From assembly GCA_045106895.1 (NCBI GenBank), contig JBGCFM010000157.1, positions 4,151 through 68,150 on the forward strand: a DNA stretch of 64,000 nucleotides, given 5' to 3'. The DNA comes from Polyangiales bacterium (GTDB lineage Bacteria; Myxococcota_A; Polyangia; Polyangiales; Houyiibacteriaceae). The notes below the pieces were generated by a model, which had not been told where the DNA came from, searched no databases, and worked only from the letters and a program-made list of their open reading frames with translations. Within the stretch, counting starts at the first letter, position 1, and each line of letters starts with the position of its first letter. A program made the translations under genes and the position numbers. Positions 18,666-27,740 of this stretch are shown one piece after another.

Positions 18666-19544
18666 ATGGCACGCTTGTCTCCGGTTCTTGCTTTGCTTTG
18701 TTTTCTCCACCTGCCCGCCTGTGGGGATGATGAGGGGCCTGAACCTGAACCGGTGGAGAACGTGGAAGTCCCGTCGCTCATCACAGAGCTTCCAGGCGTC
18801 GACGTCGAGGTTCTCACAGGGCCTGGCGATCGCCGGATGTGGGAGCAGCTCGTCAATGACCTGCTCTCTCCTTGCGGTGACCCCATCAGCATCGCGCAGT
18901 GCGTCACGACGGAGGGGTCCTGCTCCGCATGTCGGCCGGCAGCAAACTACGTTGGGCGCCTCGTCGCAGAGGGCCTCGACCGCGGTGATGTCCGGGAGCT
19001 GTATCGAGCTCGCTATAGCGGTGAGCCGTTGGATGTCCCCATCGCGGGGGCGCCGGTCAAAGGTGCCCGCATGGGCGCCGTCGTCACGATCGTCGAGTTT
19101 TCCGACTTTGAGTGCCCCTACTGTGGCATCGCGACGCCCATCATCCGCTCCCTCGTCTCGGAGTTCGAGGGCCAGGTTCGTGTCGTATTCAAGCACTACC
19201 CTTTGAGCGGACATGAGAACGCTCTGCCAGCCGCGAAGGCAGCCATCGCGGCGATGCGACAGGGCAAGTTTTGGGAGATGCATGACCTGCTCTTCGCCAA
19301 CCAAGATGCCCTCCAGCCGTCCGACTTCGACCGCTATGCGGAGGAGCTCGGTCTGGACGTCGACCAGTTCCACGACGACATGGACGACCCAGAGACCGGC
19401 GCCTTGGTAGAGCTCAACCGAAGCGAAGGCCGCGGCCTCGGCGTGGAAGGAACGCCCTCGATCTACATCAACGGCCGGAAATTCGAGGAACCCTTCGAGA
19501 ACCTTTCGTCGTATATTCGAGAAGAGATTGACGCTCGCGAGTAG
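18666..19544 (+). CDS. DsbA/DsbG-family thioredoxin-fold lipoprotein
   Basis: Lipobox LPAC; EFSDFECPYC; cis-Pro motif GTPSIYING. Confidence 0.9.
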   Translation: MARLSPVLALLCFLHLPACGDDEGPEPEPVENVEVPSLITELPGVDVEVLTGPGDRRMWEQLVNDLLSPCGDPISIAQCVTTEGSCSACRPAANYVGRLVAEGLDRGDVRELYRARYSGEPLDVPIAGAPVKGARMGAVVTIVEFSDFECPYCGIATPIIRSLVSEFEGQVRVVFKHYPLSGHENALPAAKAAIAAMRQGKFWEMHDLLFANQDALQPSDFDRYAEELGLDVDQFHDDMDDPETGALVELNRSEGRGLGVEGTPSIYINGRKFEEPFENLSSYIREEIDARE

Positions 19545-19609
19545 AGTTCGCGGGCAAGAATAAGCCCTCCACTTTGAATCCGTGCCCCATGGGCGCGTCG
19601 AAAGCGCGT

Positions 19610-20098
19610 ATGACCCGACGATTCCTCCTTATCGCTCTTCTTTGTCTTGGCGTGACGCTGCCCGCGGTGGCGCTTCGAGATGGCGCCCGCGCACCAGAGA
19701 TTGGCCTTCGGGACACGGACGGCCAGATGGTTCGAATGGCGGATCTTCGAGGTAAGGTCGTGCTCGTCGACTTCTGGGCATCTTGGTGTGCACCGTGTCG
19801 TGAGGAGATCCCCTTCCTGAATCGACTGCAGGCGGAGTTTGGTGACGACCTGGTGGTCGTTGGCGTCAACATCGACCGCGACGAGTCCAATATGACGAGC
19901 TTCATGCGGCGAACCCCGATGCGCTTTCGAGTCGTTCACGACAGCGGCGGAGAGCGCGTGGCAGAGCGCTACTCACCCCCTCGGATGCCATCGTCGTACA
20001 TTATCGACCGACGCGGCATCGTTCGCCACATCCACGCCGGCTACCGTGCGTCGGATGCGGACGACATCGAAGAACATGTGCGCAACCTGATTCGCTAG
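19610..20098 (+). CDS. TlpA/ResA-family disulfide reductase
   Basis: DLRGKVVLVDFWASWCAPCREE; signal peptide. Confidence 0.92.
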   Translation: MTRRFLLIALLCLGVTLPAVALRDGARAPEIGLRDTDGQMVRMADLRGKVVLVDFWASWCAPCREEIPFLNRLQAEFGDDLVVVGVNIDRDESNMTSFMRRTPMRFRVVHDSGGERVAERYSPPRMPSSYIIDRRGIVRHIHAGYRASDADDIEEHVRNLIR

Positions 20099-20179
20099 GC
20101 TCCGCGGCGTCCCTTGGGCCGCCGCATTGGCTTGTATAGACAAGTCAGCCGGAGCCGAGCCTCAAACTGCGAGGTCGTA

Positions 20180-22051
20180 CTAGGCAGGCGGCAGTAGCGA
20201 CCCGCGAGCCTTGTTCAGGAACTCGCCAAGTTGCAGGGCGATGTAGGAGCCCAAGTCGGCGTCGGAGTCACTGAAGTCCGAACCTTCGCGGTTGAGCATT
20301 TGAATCGTGGCGAGGTGTCGGCCGTTGTGGACGGAGACGAGGTAGAGTCCGTTCTCGAACTCGAGGCCTTCTCGTCCGTCGTGTTCGAGGTCCCTCCGTT
20401 CATCCCCGGCTCCGACGAGGAGGGGACGCCGAGATGCTGTCACGACGCCAAAGAGGCCTGCGTTTTGAGGGATGGCATGTCCACGGCGTTGTTCGCCGCC
20501 CGGCCCACTCGTCGAGACCACACGGTGGACGTTTTCGTCGATGTCATAGAGACATGCGGTCACGGCAGCGCAGGGAATCAGATCCTCGAGCAGGCGGAGG
20601 CAGAACTCGACCCCTTCGAGGGGGCTCGCGACGAAGAGCAGGTCCTGGCAGGCTTCAAAGGCATCGGTGAGGCGCCGGTCTTGGTCGTTCGTTGTGGACC
20701 GTTTTCGTGGCGGTGGAGCCGCCGACTGGCGCGCGCTCTGCAGGGGGTGTTCCACCACGCGCTCCTGCCAGTCTTTCTCAGCCACCGTCACCATCGGCGG
20801 CGTCTTGGGTTGATCGGTCCAGCTATGATCGAAGATGGCGACGTTAACAAATCGTCCCTTGGGGCCGTCGGCGAGGAGTCCCATCAAGGACAGGGCGCGG
20901 GCCCGGGCGACGGCTTCGGCGTCGGCCTCGCTGGTGCTCGCATCAACGACGTAGGAGCGCTCGCGATAGGTGAGCGGGCTGGCGTCGGACGGGTCTGCGT
21001 CGCGGCGGTGAAGGATCTTCCAAGCAACCCCGGCGACGCGACCTTCGTCATCGTCGTTCGGAACCTTCGCTGCTTGCTCTTCAGCCTCCCGTGCGAGACG
21101 CGCGGCTTCGGCCTTGGCGTCGGCTTCTGCCTTGGCTTCGGCTTCGGCCTTGGCGTCGGCCTCTGCCTTGGCTTTTGCTGCCTCTGCGGCTTCCGCCGCG
21201 GCAACCTCCGCTGCGGCGGCTGCTGCCGCTTCGGCCTCGGCCTTCGCGGCAGCGTCGAGTTCCCTCTGTGCTTCGGCGGCGACCTCAGCTTCCAGTTTGG
21301 CTTCGACCTTCGCCTGCGCTTCGGCGGCCACGATCGCGTTGGGTTTTCGTGGAGCCCCGTCGGGGCCGATAGTCAGCGCAGAAGTCTCCACCGTTTTGTC
21401 CACCGAAGCGGCGACCGGCGTCGGTTCAAGCGCAGGAGCGGCGGGGGCCGGAGGCACGTACGCCATCGTCTGTTTGAGCGGGCTTTTCCCGGGCGGCTTC
21501 GCGATGGGCGGGGCGTCCGGAAGGTACGCCATCGTACGAGCGCGCTGGCGCTTCTTCGGGGCGGCGGGCGCCGACGGCGGGGCGCTCGGTGAGGGGGCCG
21601 GCGTGGAAGGGGCTGCAGCAGGGCGTGGGGGCGAAGCCGCCACCAAGGGAGATGGAACCGCCGCCGCGCTCTGCGGAGCAGCGCTCACGGGGGCTACGCT
21701 CTTTGGAGCCGGCGCTGCGCTCTTTGGGGGCGCAGCGCTTTTGGGGGGTGCCGCACGAGGGATCGGATCCGACGGGATCTTCATCCCAGGCGTCGAGGCC
21801 GGCGGCCGGTAGGAGGCGGACGAATCGACCTGGAGCACGAAGCGGCGACGTTCGACGGGGTCGAGGATCGTTACCCGCCCGTCGCCAGCGACGGCGCAGC
21901 TAGAGCCGGTGGGTACTCCACCGCTCTCGCCCATCGAAGTTCGGCCGAGCCGAAGCGCGGTCATCCAGTTGTCAGCCTCGATCGTGACTTCTTCCACGCT
22001 CGAGTCGGAGCCAAGCTCCATGACGCTCATCCGCCAACGTTTAGTGCTCAC
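20180..22051 (-). CDS. GAF-domain protein with Pro/Ala-rich and AEAKA-repeat linker
   Basis: C-terminal GAF-like segment (LATIQMLNR..FSDSDADL); central low-complexity PKSAAP and AEAKAEADAK repeats. Confidence 0.7.
   Translation of the reverse strand: MSTKRWRMSVMELGSDSSVEEVTIEADNWMTALRLGRTSMGESGGVPTGSSCAVAGDGRVTILDPVERRRFVLQVDSSASYRPPASTPGMKIPSDPIPRAAPPKSAAPPKSAAPAPKSVAPVSAAPQSAAAVPSPLVAASPPRPAAAPSTPAPSPSAPPSAPAAPKKRQRARTMAYLPDAPPIAKPPGKSPLKQTMAYVPPAPAAPALEPTPVAASVDKTVETSALTIGPDGAPRKPNAIVAAEAQAKVEAKLEAEVAAEAQRELDAAAKAEAEAAAAAAAEVAAAEAAEAAKAKAEADAKAEAEAKAEADAKAEAARLAREAEEQAAKVPNDDDEGRVAGVAWKILHRRDADPSDASPLTYRERSYVVDASTSEADAEAVARARALSLMGLLADGPKGRFVNVAIFDHSWTDQPKTPPMVTVAEKDWQERVVEHPLQSARQSAAPPPRKRSTTNDQDRRLTDAFEACQDLLFVASPLEGVEFCLRLLEDLIPCAAVTACLYDIDENVHRVVSTSGPGGEQRRGHAIPQNAGLFGVVTASRRPLLVGAGDERRDLEHDGREGLEFENGLYLVSVHNGRHLATIQMLNREGSDFSDSDADLGSYIALQLGEFLNKARGSLLPPA
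21100..21320 (-). repeat. Coding imperfect tandem repeat (AKAEADAKAEAE units)
   Basis: Repeated GCCTTGGCGTCGGC(T/C)TCTGCCTTGGCT units on the + strand. Confidence 0.7.
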
Positions 22052-22117
22052 GTCATCTCGCTTTCACGAGCCGCGAAGCTACCAGCTCTTGGCTCTCTAC
22101 GCATTGTCCTTGTGGAC

Positions 22118-22996
22118 TCATGACCCGAGGAGAATCTTCAGATCCAACTTATTTCCATCCAGATCACGAACTTCATCCAGGCAAACGGACCCCGTTTTGC
22201 ACCGAACGGCCCATCCCTCGGGCGAGTCCCAGGCCTCCGAGACGTTGAGCCCAAGCGGCGGCGGGCTCGCCGCGAGGGACGCCTGGACAAGCTCCGCGGG
22301 CGTATCGCCGAGTAAAATCTGTGCTCCGGGCTCGGGTCCCGCCGCACGGACCAGTCTAAGGATGGACTCCGCGCTTTGTCTCCAGTCGACGCGGAGGTCT
22401 TTGGACGATGGCGCCGGCGCGACGCTCACGAGGGCTTCGTCTTGCTTCTCGTTCGCCAAAGTCTCGCCCTTCGAAAGCGATCGCGCCGCCCACAAGAGCA
22501 GCTCCACCGCCGGGCGGTCGAGGGCCTTCGCAAGATCCCATGCGTTGGCGTCGTGCGGAATCGGGACGGCGATCTGCCGGACGACGCCTCCGGTGTCGTA
22601 GGTCTCCTCCAGCCGATGAAGGGTTACGCCCGTTTCTCGCTCCCCGTTTCGAAGGCTCCAGAAATAGGGGTCCGGCCCGCGATAGGCTGGAAGGAGGGAG
22701 GGGTGAGTGCCAAAGGCTCCCAGTCGCGGAAGAGACAGGATTTCCTTGGGAATTCGCTTGGGCCAGAAAAACGAGAGCAGAACATCCGGTTTTAGGTCCG
22801 CGACCTGCTCCCGAAATCCAGCTTCGGCCAGGTTTGGCAGGTCAAGATGGGCCGAATCAGGCAACAAACGGCGCAATCTACGCCTGCCTGGTAGGTCCAA
22901 GGGGCCATACGCGAGACCGACCGGGGCGAACCCTCCGCGTCGCAGGACCTCAGCGCCCAATGGAACCCCACAATAGAATATGCGTAAGCGGCTCAT
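22118..22996 (-). CDS. Formyltransferase family protein (Fmt/ArnA-like)
   Basis: HPSLLPAYRGPDP; ETGVTLHRLEETYDTG. Confidence 0.85.
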   Translation of the reverse strand: MSRLRIFYCGVPLGAEVLRRGGFAPVGLAYGPLDLPGRRRLRRLLPDSAHLDLPNLAEAGFREQVADLKPDVLLSFFWPKRIPKEILSLPRLGAFGTHPSLLPAYRGPDPYFWSLRNGERETGVTLHRLEETYDTGGVVRQIAVPIPHDANAWDLAKALDRPAVELLLWAARSLSKGETLANEKQDEALVSVAPAPSSKDLRVDWRQSAESILRLVRAAGPEPGAQILLGDTPAELVQASLAASPPPLGLNVSEAWDSPEGWAVRCKTGSVCLDEVRDLDGNKLDLKILLGS

Positions 22997-23031
22997 GTTT
23001 CGCCCTCGGATCATGGTATACCGCGGCCCTT

Positions 23032-23436
23032 GTGACCGACCAGCCCCGGAAGACCATTCGTGTCGTGGCCGCTGTAGTAGAGCGGAACGGGCGATACCTG
23101 ATCACTCAACGACGTGCCGAAGCCGTACTGCCGAACCTATGGGAGTTTCCCGGTGGCCGTGTTGAAGGAAACGAGACCGACGGCGAGGCGTTGGTTCGAG
23201 AACTTCAGCATCGTTTGGGTGCCAACGCATCGCCGCGCGAGCTCATCAGCTACGTGAAGTACCCCTACGAGAAGTACACGGTAGAACTCTACCTCTACGC
23301 GTGTGACCTCGACGACGTGGAGCTGGCCTGCAGTGCGGTGCAGGACTTTCGTTGGGTGACGAGCGGCGAGTTTGACCGCTTCGGCTTCACTCCGGCGGAC
23401 GAAGCGTCCATGAACGCTCTCCTCGGCGAGGGCTGA
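23032..23436 (+). CDS. MutT/NudG-like NUDIX hydrolase
   Basis: VVAAVV..RYLITQR..LWEFPGGRVE..ET..EALVREL; C-terminal PAD. Confidence 0.88.
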   Translation: MTDQPRKTIRVVAAVVERNGRYLITQRRAEAVLPNLWEFPGGRVEGNETDGEALVRELQHRLGANASPRELISYVKYPYEKYTVELYLYACDLDDVELACSAVQDFRWVTSGEFDRFGFTPADEASMNALLGEG

Positions 23437-23438
23437 AC

Positions 23439-24185
23439 GTGGAACCCACCCCAGCGACCTGTCCAACCTGTAGCACTGTAGTGCCCGAAGGTGCCGCCAA
23501 GTGCGTCGGCTGCGGTCAGGTGTTTGGTGAAGCGAATCGCTGTCCTCATTGCAACGCGATCGCGGGGGTCCGGCCTGCGGGCGGCGGACTCGCTTGCATG
23601 GCCTGCGGCAAACCCCGGAGCGGGGGCCCTGGCGTCACGGTGTTCCGGCCGAAAGGCGCGGGCGCTCGGGCAAAGAGCACGGGCAAGCGAACCATGGGGA
23701 TCTTCGCTTTGGCTGCGGGGGTCCTCGGGGCCATCGCCGTGGCCGCCGCGATCCCTACGGGCATCGGTCTCGTCATCGCAGGCGTCGTGGGCGCTGTCGG
23801 CGTCGGCGCGGGAGCCCTCGCGATGCGCTCCGGTGCGAACAGTGGCCCGGCGTCGGGCTCCGAGGAGAATCAAATCCTCAGCCTGGCAGAGGAGAAGGGC
23901 GGCGTGCTGACGGTGACCGACGTCGCCCGCGCGCTTCACGTCACACAGGCGGAGGCTGACGCACTTCTCAGTGGCATGGCGGATGGATCCCGCGTTTGGG
24001 CCGAGGTGACCACCGACGGCATGATGCGCTATGAATTTCGCGAGCTCATGGCGCGACGTGGACCGAATGTGCGTGTCGCGGACGAACTCGCCGAGCGCAT
24101 CGAGCTGAGCGCGGAGGAGCACGAGCTCGCCGAAGCTGAGCGTGAGGTCGAAGCGATGCTCTCCGGCGGGCCCGACCTGGACTGA
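23439..24185 (+). CDS. Hypothetical double zinc-ribbon membrane protein
   Basis: CPTC, CVGC, CPHC, CMAC; two Gly-rich TM helices; C-terminal helical domain (GGVLTVTDVARAL). Confidence 0.7.
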   Translation: MEPTPATCPTCSTVVPEGAAKCVGCGQVFGEANRCPHCNAIAGVRPAGGGLACMACGKPRSGGPGVTVFRPKGAGARAKSTGKRTMGIFALAAGVLGAIAVAAAIPTGIGLVIAGVVGAVGVGAGALAMRSGANSGPASGSEENQILSLAEEKGGVLTVTDVARALHVTQAEADALLSGMADGSRVWAEVTTDGMMRYEFRELMARRGPNVRVADELAERIELSAEEHELAEAEREVEAMLSGGPDLD

Positions 24186-24199
24186 GCGCCGGAGCCACC

Positions 24200-25393
24200 A
24201 TGGTCTGGAACATCGGGATCGTAGGCGCTGGGTTTGCGGGGGCGACCTGTGCGCTCTTTCTTCGCGAAGGTGGGCACGCGGTGACGGTCTACGAGGCGGT
24301 TGCGGAACCTCAGCCGGTGGGCGCCGGCATCCTCCTGCAGCCCACGGGTCAGGACGTGCTTCGACGCCTTGGACTCTACGACGACGTGGAAGCGCGTGGC
24401 GCGACGGTGGACGAGCTCAGCTGCGTGACGGGAGACCGACTTGTGTTTCGTTTGGGGTACGCCGATGGCGGTTCGCCCGCCGGACTCGGTCTCCACCGCG
24501 GCGTCCTCTTCGACGTGCTCTACAGAGCGCTTCGTCCCGCTGGCGTGGATGTTCAGCTAGGCGTCGAGGTGGCCGACGTACGACATGGGTGCGTGTATGA
24601 CGGCGAGGACACGAAGCGAGGTCAACACGACCTGGTCATCGTTGCCGATGGCGCACGTTCAACGGTTAGGGAACGGACCTTTGCCCAGATGCGCGACGAA
24701 GCGTACCCGTTTGGCGCTTTGTGGTTCGTCGCCGAAGACCCGGAGCGCCGTTTCCAAGGAAAGCTCCACCAACAGCTACGCGGCGCCGATGAGATGATCG
24801 GTTTCATGGCGACGGGGCTCGGCCCCACCGGGGACGTGCCGCTCGTGAGTTTCTTTTACAGCGTGGCGTCATCGCGCGTGGCGGCTCTTCGCAAAGCCGG
24901 CCTTGGCGCGTTCAAAGCCAGCGTCTTGGAGGTCGCGCCCCAGGCGGGTCCGATCTTGGCTCAGATTCACTCGATGGATTCTCTGCTCTTCGCGGGGTAC
25001 CGAGATGTCGTTCTTTCCCGGCCTTACCGGGACCGCACGGTGTTCATCGGGGACGCGGGGCATGCCATGAGCCCACAGCTCGGCCAAGGCTCGAACCTCG
25101 CTCTTATCGACGCCGAAGAGCTTGCGCGTCATCTCAGCGAGCACACGGATCTCGCCCACGCCCTCGACGCCTTCTGGCGGAGTCGCCGAGGCCACCAGCG
25201 CCTCTATCAGTTCGCCTCACGCTGGCTGACGCCTTTCTTTCAGTCGGACGCTCAGCTCCTCGGCCGGCTGCGGGACCTGACCTTTCCCCTCGCGACACGC
25301 TTTTCGCCACTTCGTCGGCGAATGATTCGTGTCCTAAGTGGTCGCGAAGCCGGCGTTTTGCGGCGCCCCTACCGTTTCAAAAACGGCGAATGA
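24200..25393 (+). CDS. FAD-dependent monooxygenase
   Basis: IVGAGFAG, VADGARS, GDAGHAMSPQLGQGSNLAL. Confidence 0.9.
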   Translation: MVWNIGIVGAGFAGATCALFLREGGHAVTVYEAVAEPQPVGAGILLQPTGQDVLRRLGLYDDVEARGATVDELSCVTGDRLVFRLGYADGGSPAGLGLHRGVLFDVLYRALRPAGVDVQLGVEVADVRHGCVYDGEDTKRGQHDLVIVADGARSTVRERTFAQMRDEAYPFGALWFVAEDPERRFQGKLHQQLRGADEMIGFMATGLGPTGDVPLVSFFYSVASSRVAALRKAGLGAFKASVLEVAPQAGPILAQIHSMDSLLFAGYRDVVLSRPYRDRTVFIGDAGHAMSPQLGQGSNLALIDAEELARHLSEHTDLAHALDAFWRSRRGHQRLYQFASRWLTPFFQSDAQLLGRLRDLTFPLATRFSPLRRRMIRVLSGREAGVLRRPYRFKNGE

Positions 25394-26640
25394 GCGAAGA
25401 GGCGCATTCCCTCAAACGTGTGGTCGGGCTGCCGGGAGCGGTGCTCCTCGGGCTCGGGTCCATCCTCGGAACGGGCGTCTTCGTAAGCATTGGTCTTGCC
25501 GCCGGCGTCACGGGCTCGTCGGTGCTCCTCGCGACGCTCATCGCCGGTGCCCTCGCCGCGTTCAACGGGCTCTCCAGCGCCCAACTCGCCGCGGCCCATC
25601 CTGTGAGCGGCGGCACGTATGAGTACGGGTATCGTTTTCTCACGCCAGCGTTAGGGTTCAGCGCAGGGTGGCTCTTCCTCTGCGCGAAGTCCGCGTCGGC
25701 GGCGACGGCGGCTCTCGGTGTCGTCAGCTATGCCCTCGGCGCTGCGTCCATCGACGACGCGTATACACCCGCGCTCGCGCTCTGTTTGGTTGGCCTCGTC
25801 AGCGGGCTTGTGGCGAGCGGACTACGGCGTTCCAATCGCGTCAACGCGCTCTTGGTGTTCCTCACAATGGCGTCGCTTATGACCTTCGTTTTCGCCGGCG
25901 TTTCCGCGAACGACGCGTGGCCAATACTGGAGTTTCGCGCCGGCGAAGCGGGGCTCCTTGAGGCGAGCGCGCTGATGTTCGTCGCCTTTGCGGGCTACGG
26001 ACGAATCGCGACGCTTGGCGAAGAAGTGAGCGAGCCGCGAAAGACCATCCCGCGCGCGATCATCGCGACCCTCGTCGTGAGCGCGGCGCTCTACGTCGCC
26101 GTCGCCATCGCCTACGTCGGCACGCCCGACGTCCCCAGTGGCGCGTCCCTCGAGGTGGTCGCCCGCAGCATGGGTTGGTCTGGGCTCCACCTTGTCGTCG
26201 CCGCCGGCGCGCTCCTGGCAATGTTAGGGGTATTGCTGAACCTCTTGCTTGGGCTGTCCCGCGTTACGCTCGCCATGGCTCGGCGCGGTGACCTTCCGGC
26301 GCCCCTTGGAAGTCTGAGCGAGGATGCTCAGCCACGAGCCGCGGTCTTCTTCGTCGGAGCGCTAGTCGCGCTCCTCGCGGCGATCGGCGATGTCCGCACG
26401 ACGTGGTCCTTCAGCGCCTTCATGGTGCTCGTGTACTACGCGCTCACTAACCTCGCCGCGCTGCGTCTGCCCCCGGAGCATCGTCTTTTTCCCCGTTGGA
26501 TCTCCGGGCTCGGCTTCCTGGTGTGCGTAGGCCTAGCGTTTTGGGTGACGCCGGTGATCTGGGCCGTCGGCCTCGCGCTCTTGGCCACGGGTCTCGTACT
26601 TCGCGCCATCGGGCATCGTCTTCGAGCCCGGGCGACTTAG
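25390..26640 (+). CDS. APC-family amino acid permease
   Basis: GSILGTGVF, SGGTYEY, FVAFAGYGRIATLGEE..P.KTIPRAI; about 12 TM helices. Confidence 0.9.
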   Translation: MSEEAHSLKRVVGLPGAVLLGLGSILGTGVFVSIGLAAGVTGSSVLLATLIAGALAAFNGLSSAQLAAAHPVSGGTYEYGYRFLTPALGFSAGWLFLCAKSASAATAALGVVSYALGAASIDDAYTPALALCLVGLVSGLVASGLRRSNRVNALLVFLTMASLMTFVFAGVSANDAWPILEFRAGEAGLLEASALMFVAFAGYGRIATLGEEVSEPRKTIPRAIIATLVVSAALYVAVAIAYVGTPDVPSGASLEVVARSMGWSGLHLVVAAGALLAMLGVLLNLLLGLSRVTLAMARRGDLPAPLGSLSEDAQPRAAVFFVGALVALLAAIGDVRTTWSFSAFMVLVYYALTNLAALRLPPEHRLFPRWISGLGFLVCVGLAFWVTPVIWAVGLALLATGLVLRAIGHRLRARAT

Positions 26641-27206
26641 TCGAGGGCGGGGCGGGTGCCGTTGGGCGAAGTCACCGCGTGGCTCAAACAGATCACGAGC
26701 ACGAGAAGGGAGCGGTACACGTCGTCGAGTTGCTCCAGGTCTACCTCGCCGCCGCTCTGATCGAGCGCTTCGTGGACATGATGCTGAACGTAGGAGAGCA
26801 CAGCGGGCTGACTCATCGCGAGGACATCGTCGCTGTCGAGAATCTCGCTCGGGTCGTCCGCGCGTAGCTCTTCGTCCACCGTGAGCATCGCGTTGGACAC
26901 ATCTATGGCGCTCTCGTCGACCTCATCGAGTCGCGTTGGGAACGCTTCGCGGAACGCCAGATAGACGGTGACCGTCAGAAAGTACCCGAGGCTTTGCACC
27001 AACTCATCGCTGCTGAGCGCGAGCTTCTCGGCCATCCACTGAGCGAGGGCGGGTTGCCGACGGTCGAGGTCTGCGTACCCGCGATCAAGGGCGTCCTGTA
27101 GGGCTGCGTCATCCTCTTCGAGGGTGGCCTCCACGGCTTCAATGATCTCGGAGTCGACGACGGCGTATGCCGGCACGGCTCTTAGCGCTGCCTTACGGAG
27201 GAACAC
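26637..27206 (-). CDS. Acidic hypothetical protein
   Basis: 189-aa ORF with GC3 bias; GTG start preceded by TAACGT at 6 nt. Confidence 0.75.
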   Translation of the reverse strand: MFLRKAALRAVPAYAVVDSEIIEAVEATLEEDDAALQDALDRGYADLDRRQPALAQWMAEKLALSSDELVQSLGYFLTVTVYLAFREAFPTRLDEVDESAIDVSNAMLTVDEELRADDPSEILDSDDVLAMSQPAVLSYVQHHVHEALDQSGGEVDLEQLDDVYRSLLVLVICLSHAVTSPNGTRPALD

Positions 27207-27244
27207 CCGGCGACGTTACAACGGCGCGGCGGCGTTCGCACTCG

Positions 27245-27649
27245 CTATTCGTCGTAGAAAAGCGGCTCGCGCGTGCCGACAAACTCACTGATGAGGGCCT
27301 TATCCTCTTCTGTGAGTTCAACGAACTGGACGCCCATTCCGGGAAACATCCCATCTTCCGCCATGATCGGGTCGCGCTGCCAGCGCACCACCCCCGTGAG
27401 TTTGAACTCGGCGCCACCTGGCAGGCCGAACTCGAGTTCGATGCGCGTGCCGATGGGCTGGAGATCGTAGGTGGCGACGAAGAGGCCACCTTCGGAGACG
27501 TCTTCGGTGAAGCCAGTGTAGAAGTTGGAGTCGCTGTAGACACCGACTTCAGTGGCGACGGATACACGTTCTGCAGTTCGTCGATTGGCCCCAGAGGCGT
27601 CTTCTTTCCTCGAGGGAAGGGGGGGAGGTCCCGGCTGAGCTTGTTCCAT
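27245..27649 (-). CDS. PilZ-domain protein (TIGR02266-like), canonical c-di-GMP motifs
   Basis: RRTAER (RxxxR), SNFYTGFTEDVSEGGLFVAT (DxSxxG), PGMGVQF. Confidence 0.88.
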   Translation of the reverse strand: MEQAQPGPPPLPSRKEDASGANRRTAERVSVATEVGVYSDSNFYTGFTEDVSEGGLFVATYDLQPIGTRIELEFGLPGGAEFKLTGVVRWQRDPIMAEDGMFPGMGVQFVELTEEDKALISEFVGTREPLFYDE

Positions 27650-27705
27650 GCAAACTGTGAACGGCTCTTGGGCGTAGCCCTGAAGGACAAACGCTCGTCG
27701 TTCGA

Positions 27706-27736
27706 AAAAAAAGCCGCCGGAGGGCAGCTTTGTTTT
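27706..27736 (-). terminator. Rho-independent terminator
   Basis: Minus strand AAAGCTGCC-CTCC-GGCGGC followed by a T8 run, just after the stop at 27741. Confidence 0.65.
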
Positions 27737-27740
27737 CGTT

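Noticed and set aside
21090-21330. Repetitive GCCTTGGC/GGCTTC DNA as a possible CRISPR array or VNTR element
   Set aside because: Repeats are in frame, degenerate at third positions and have no unique spacers; they encode an Ala/Glu/Lys helix.
22118-22996. Calling the formyltransferase fmt
   Set aside because: It lacks the typical Fmt N-terminal FMGTPEF / TQPD motifs and def context; left at family level.
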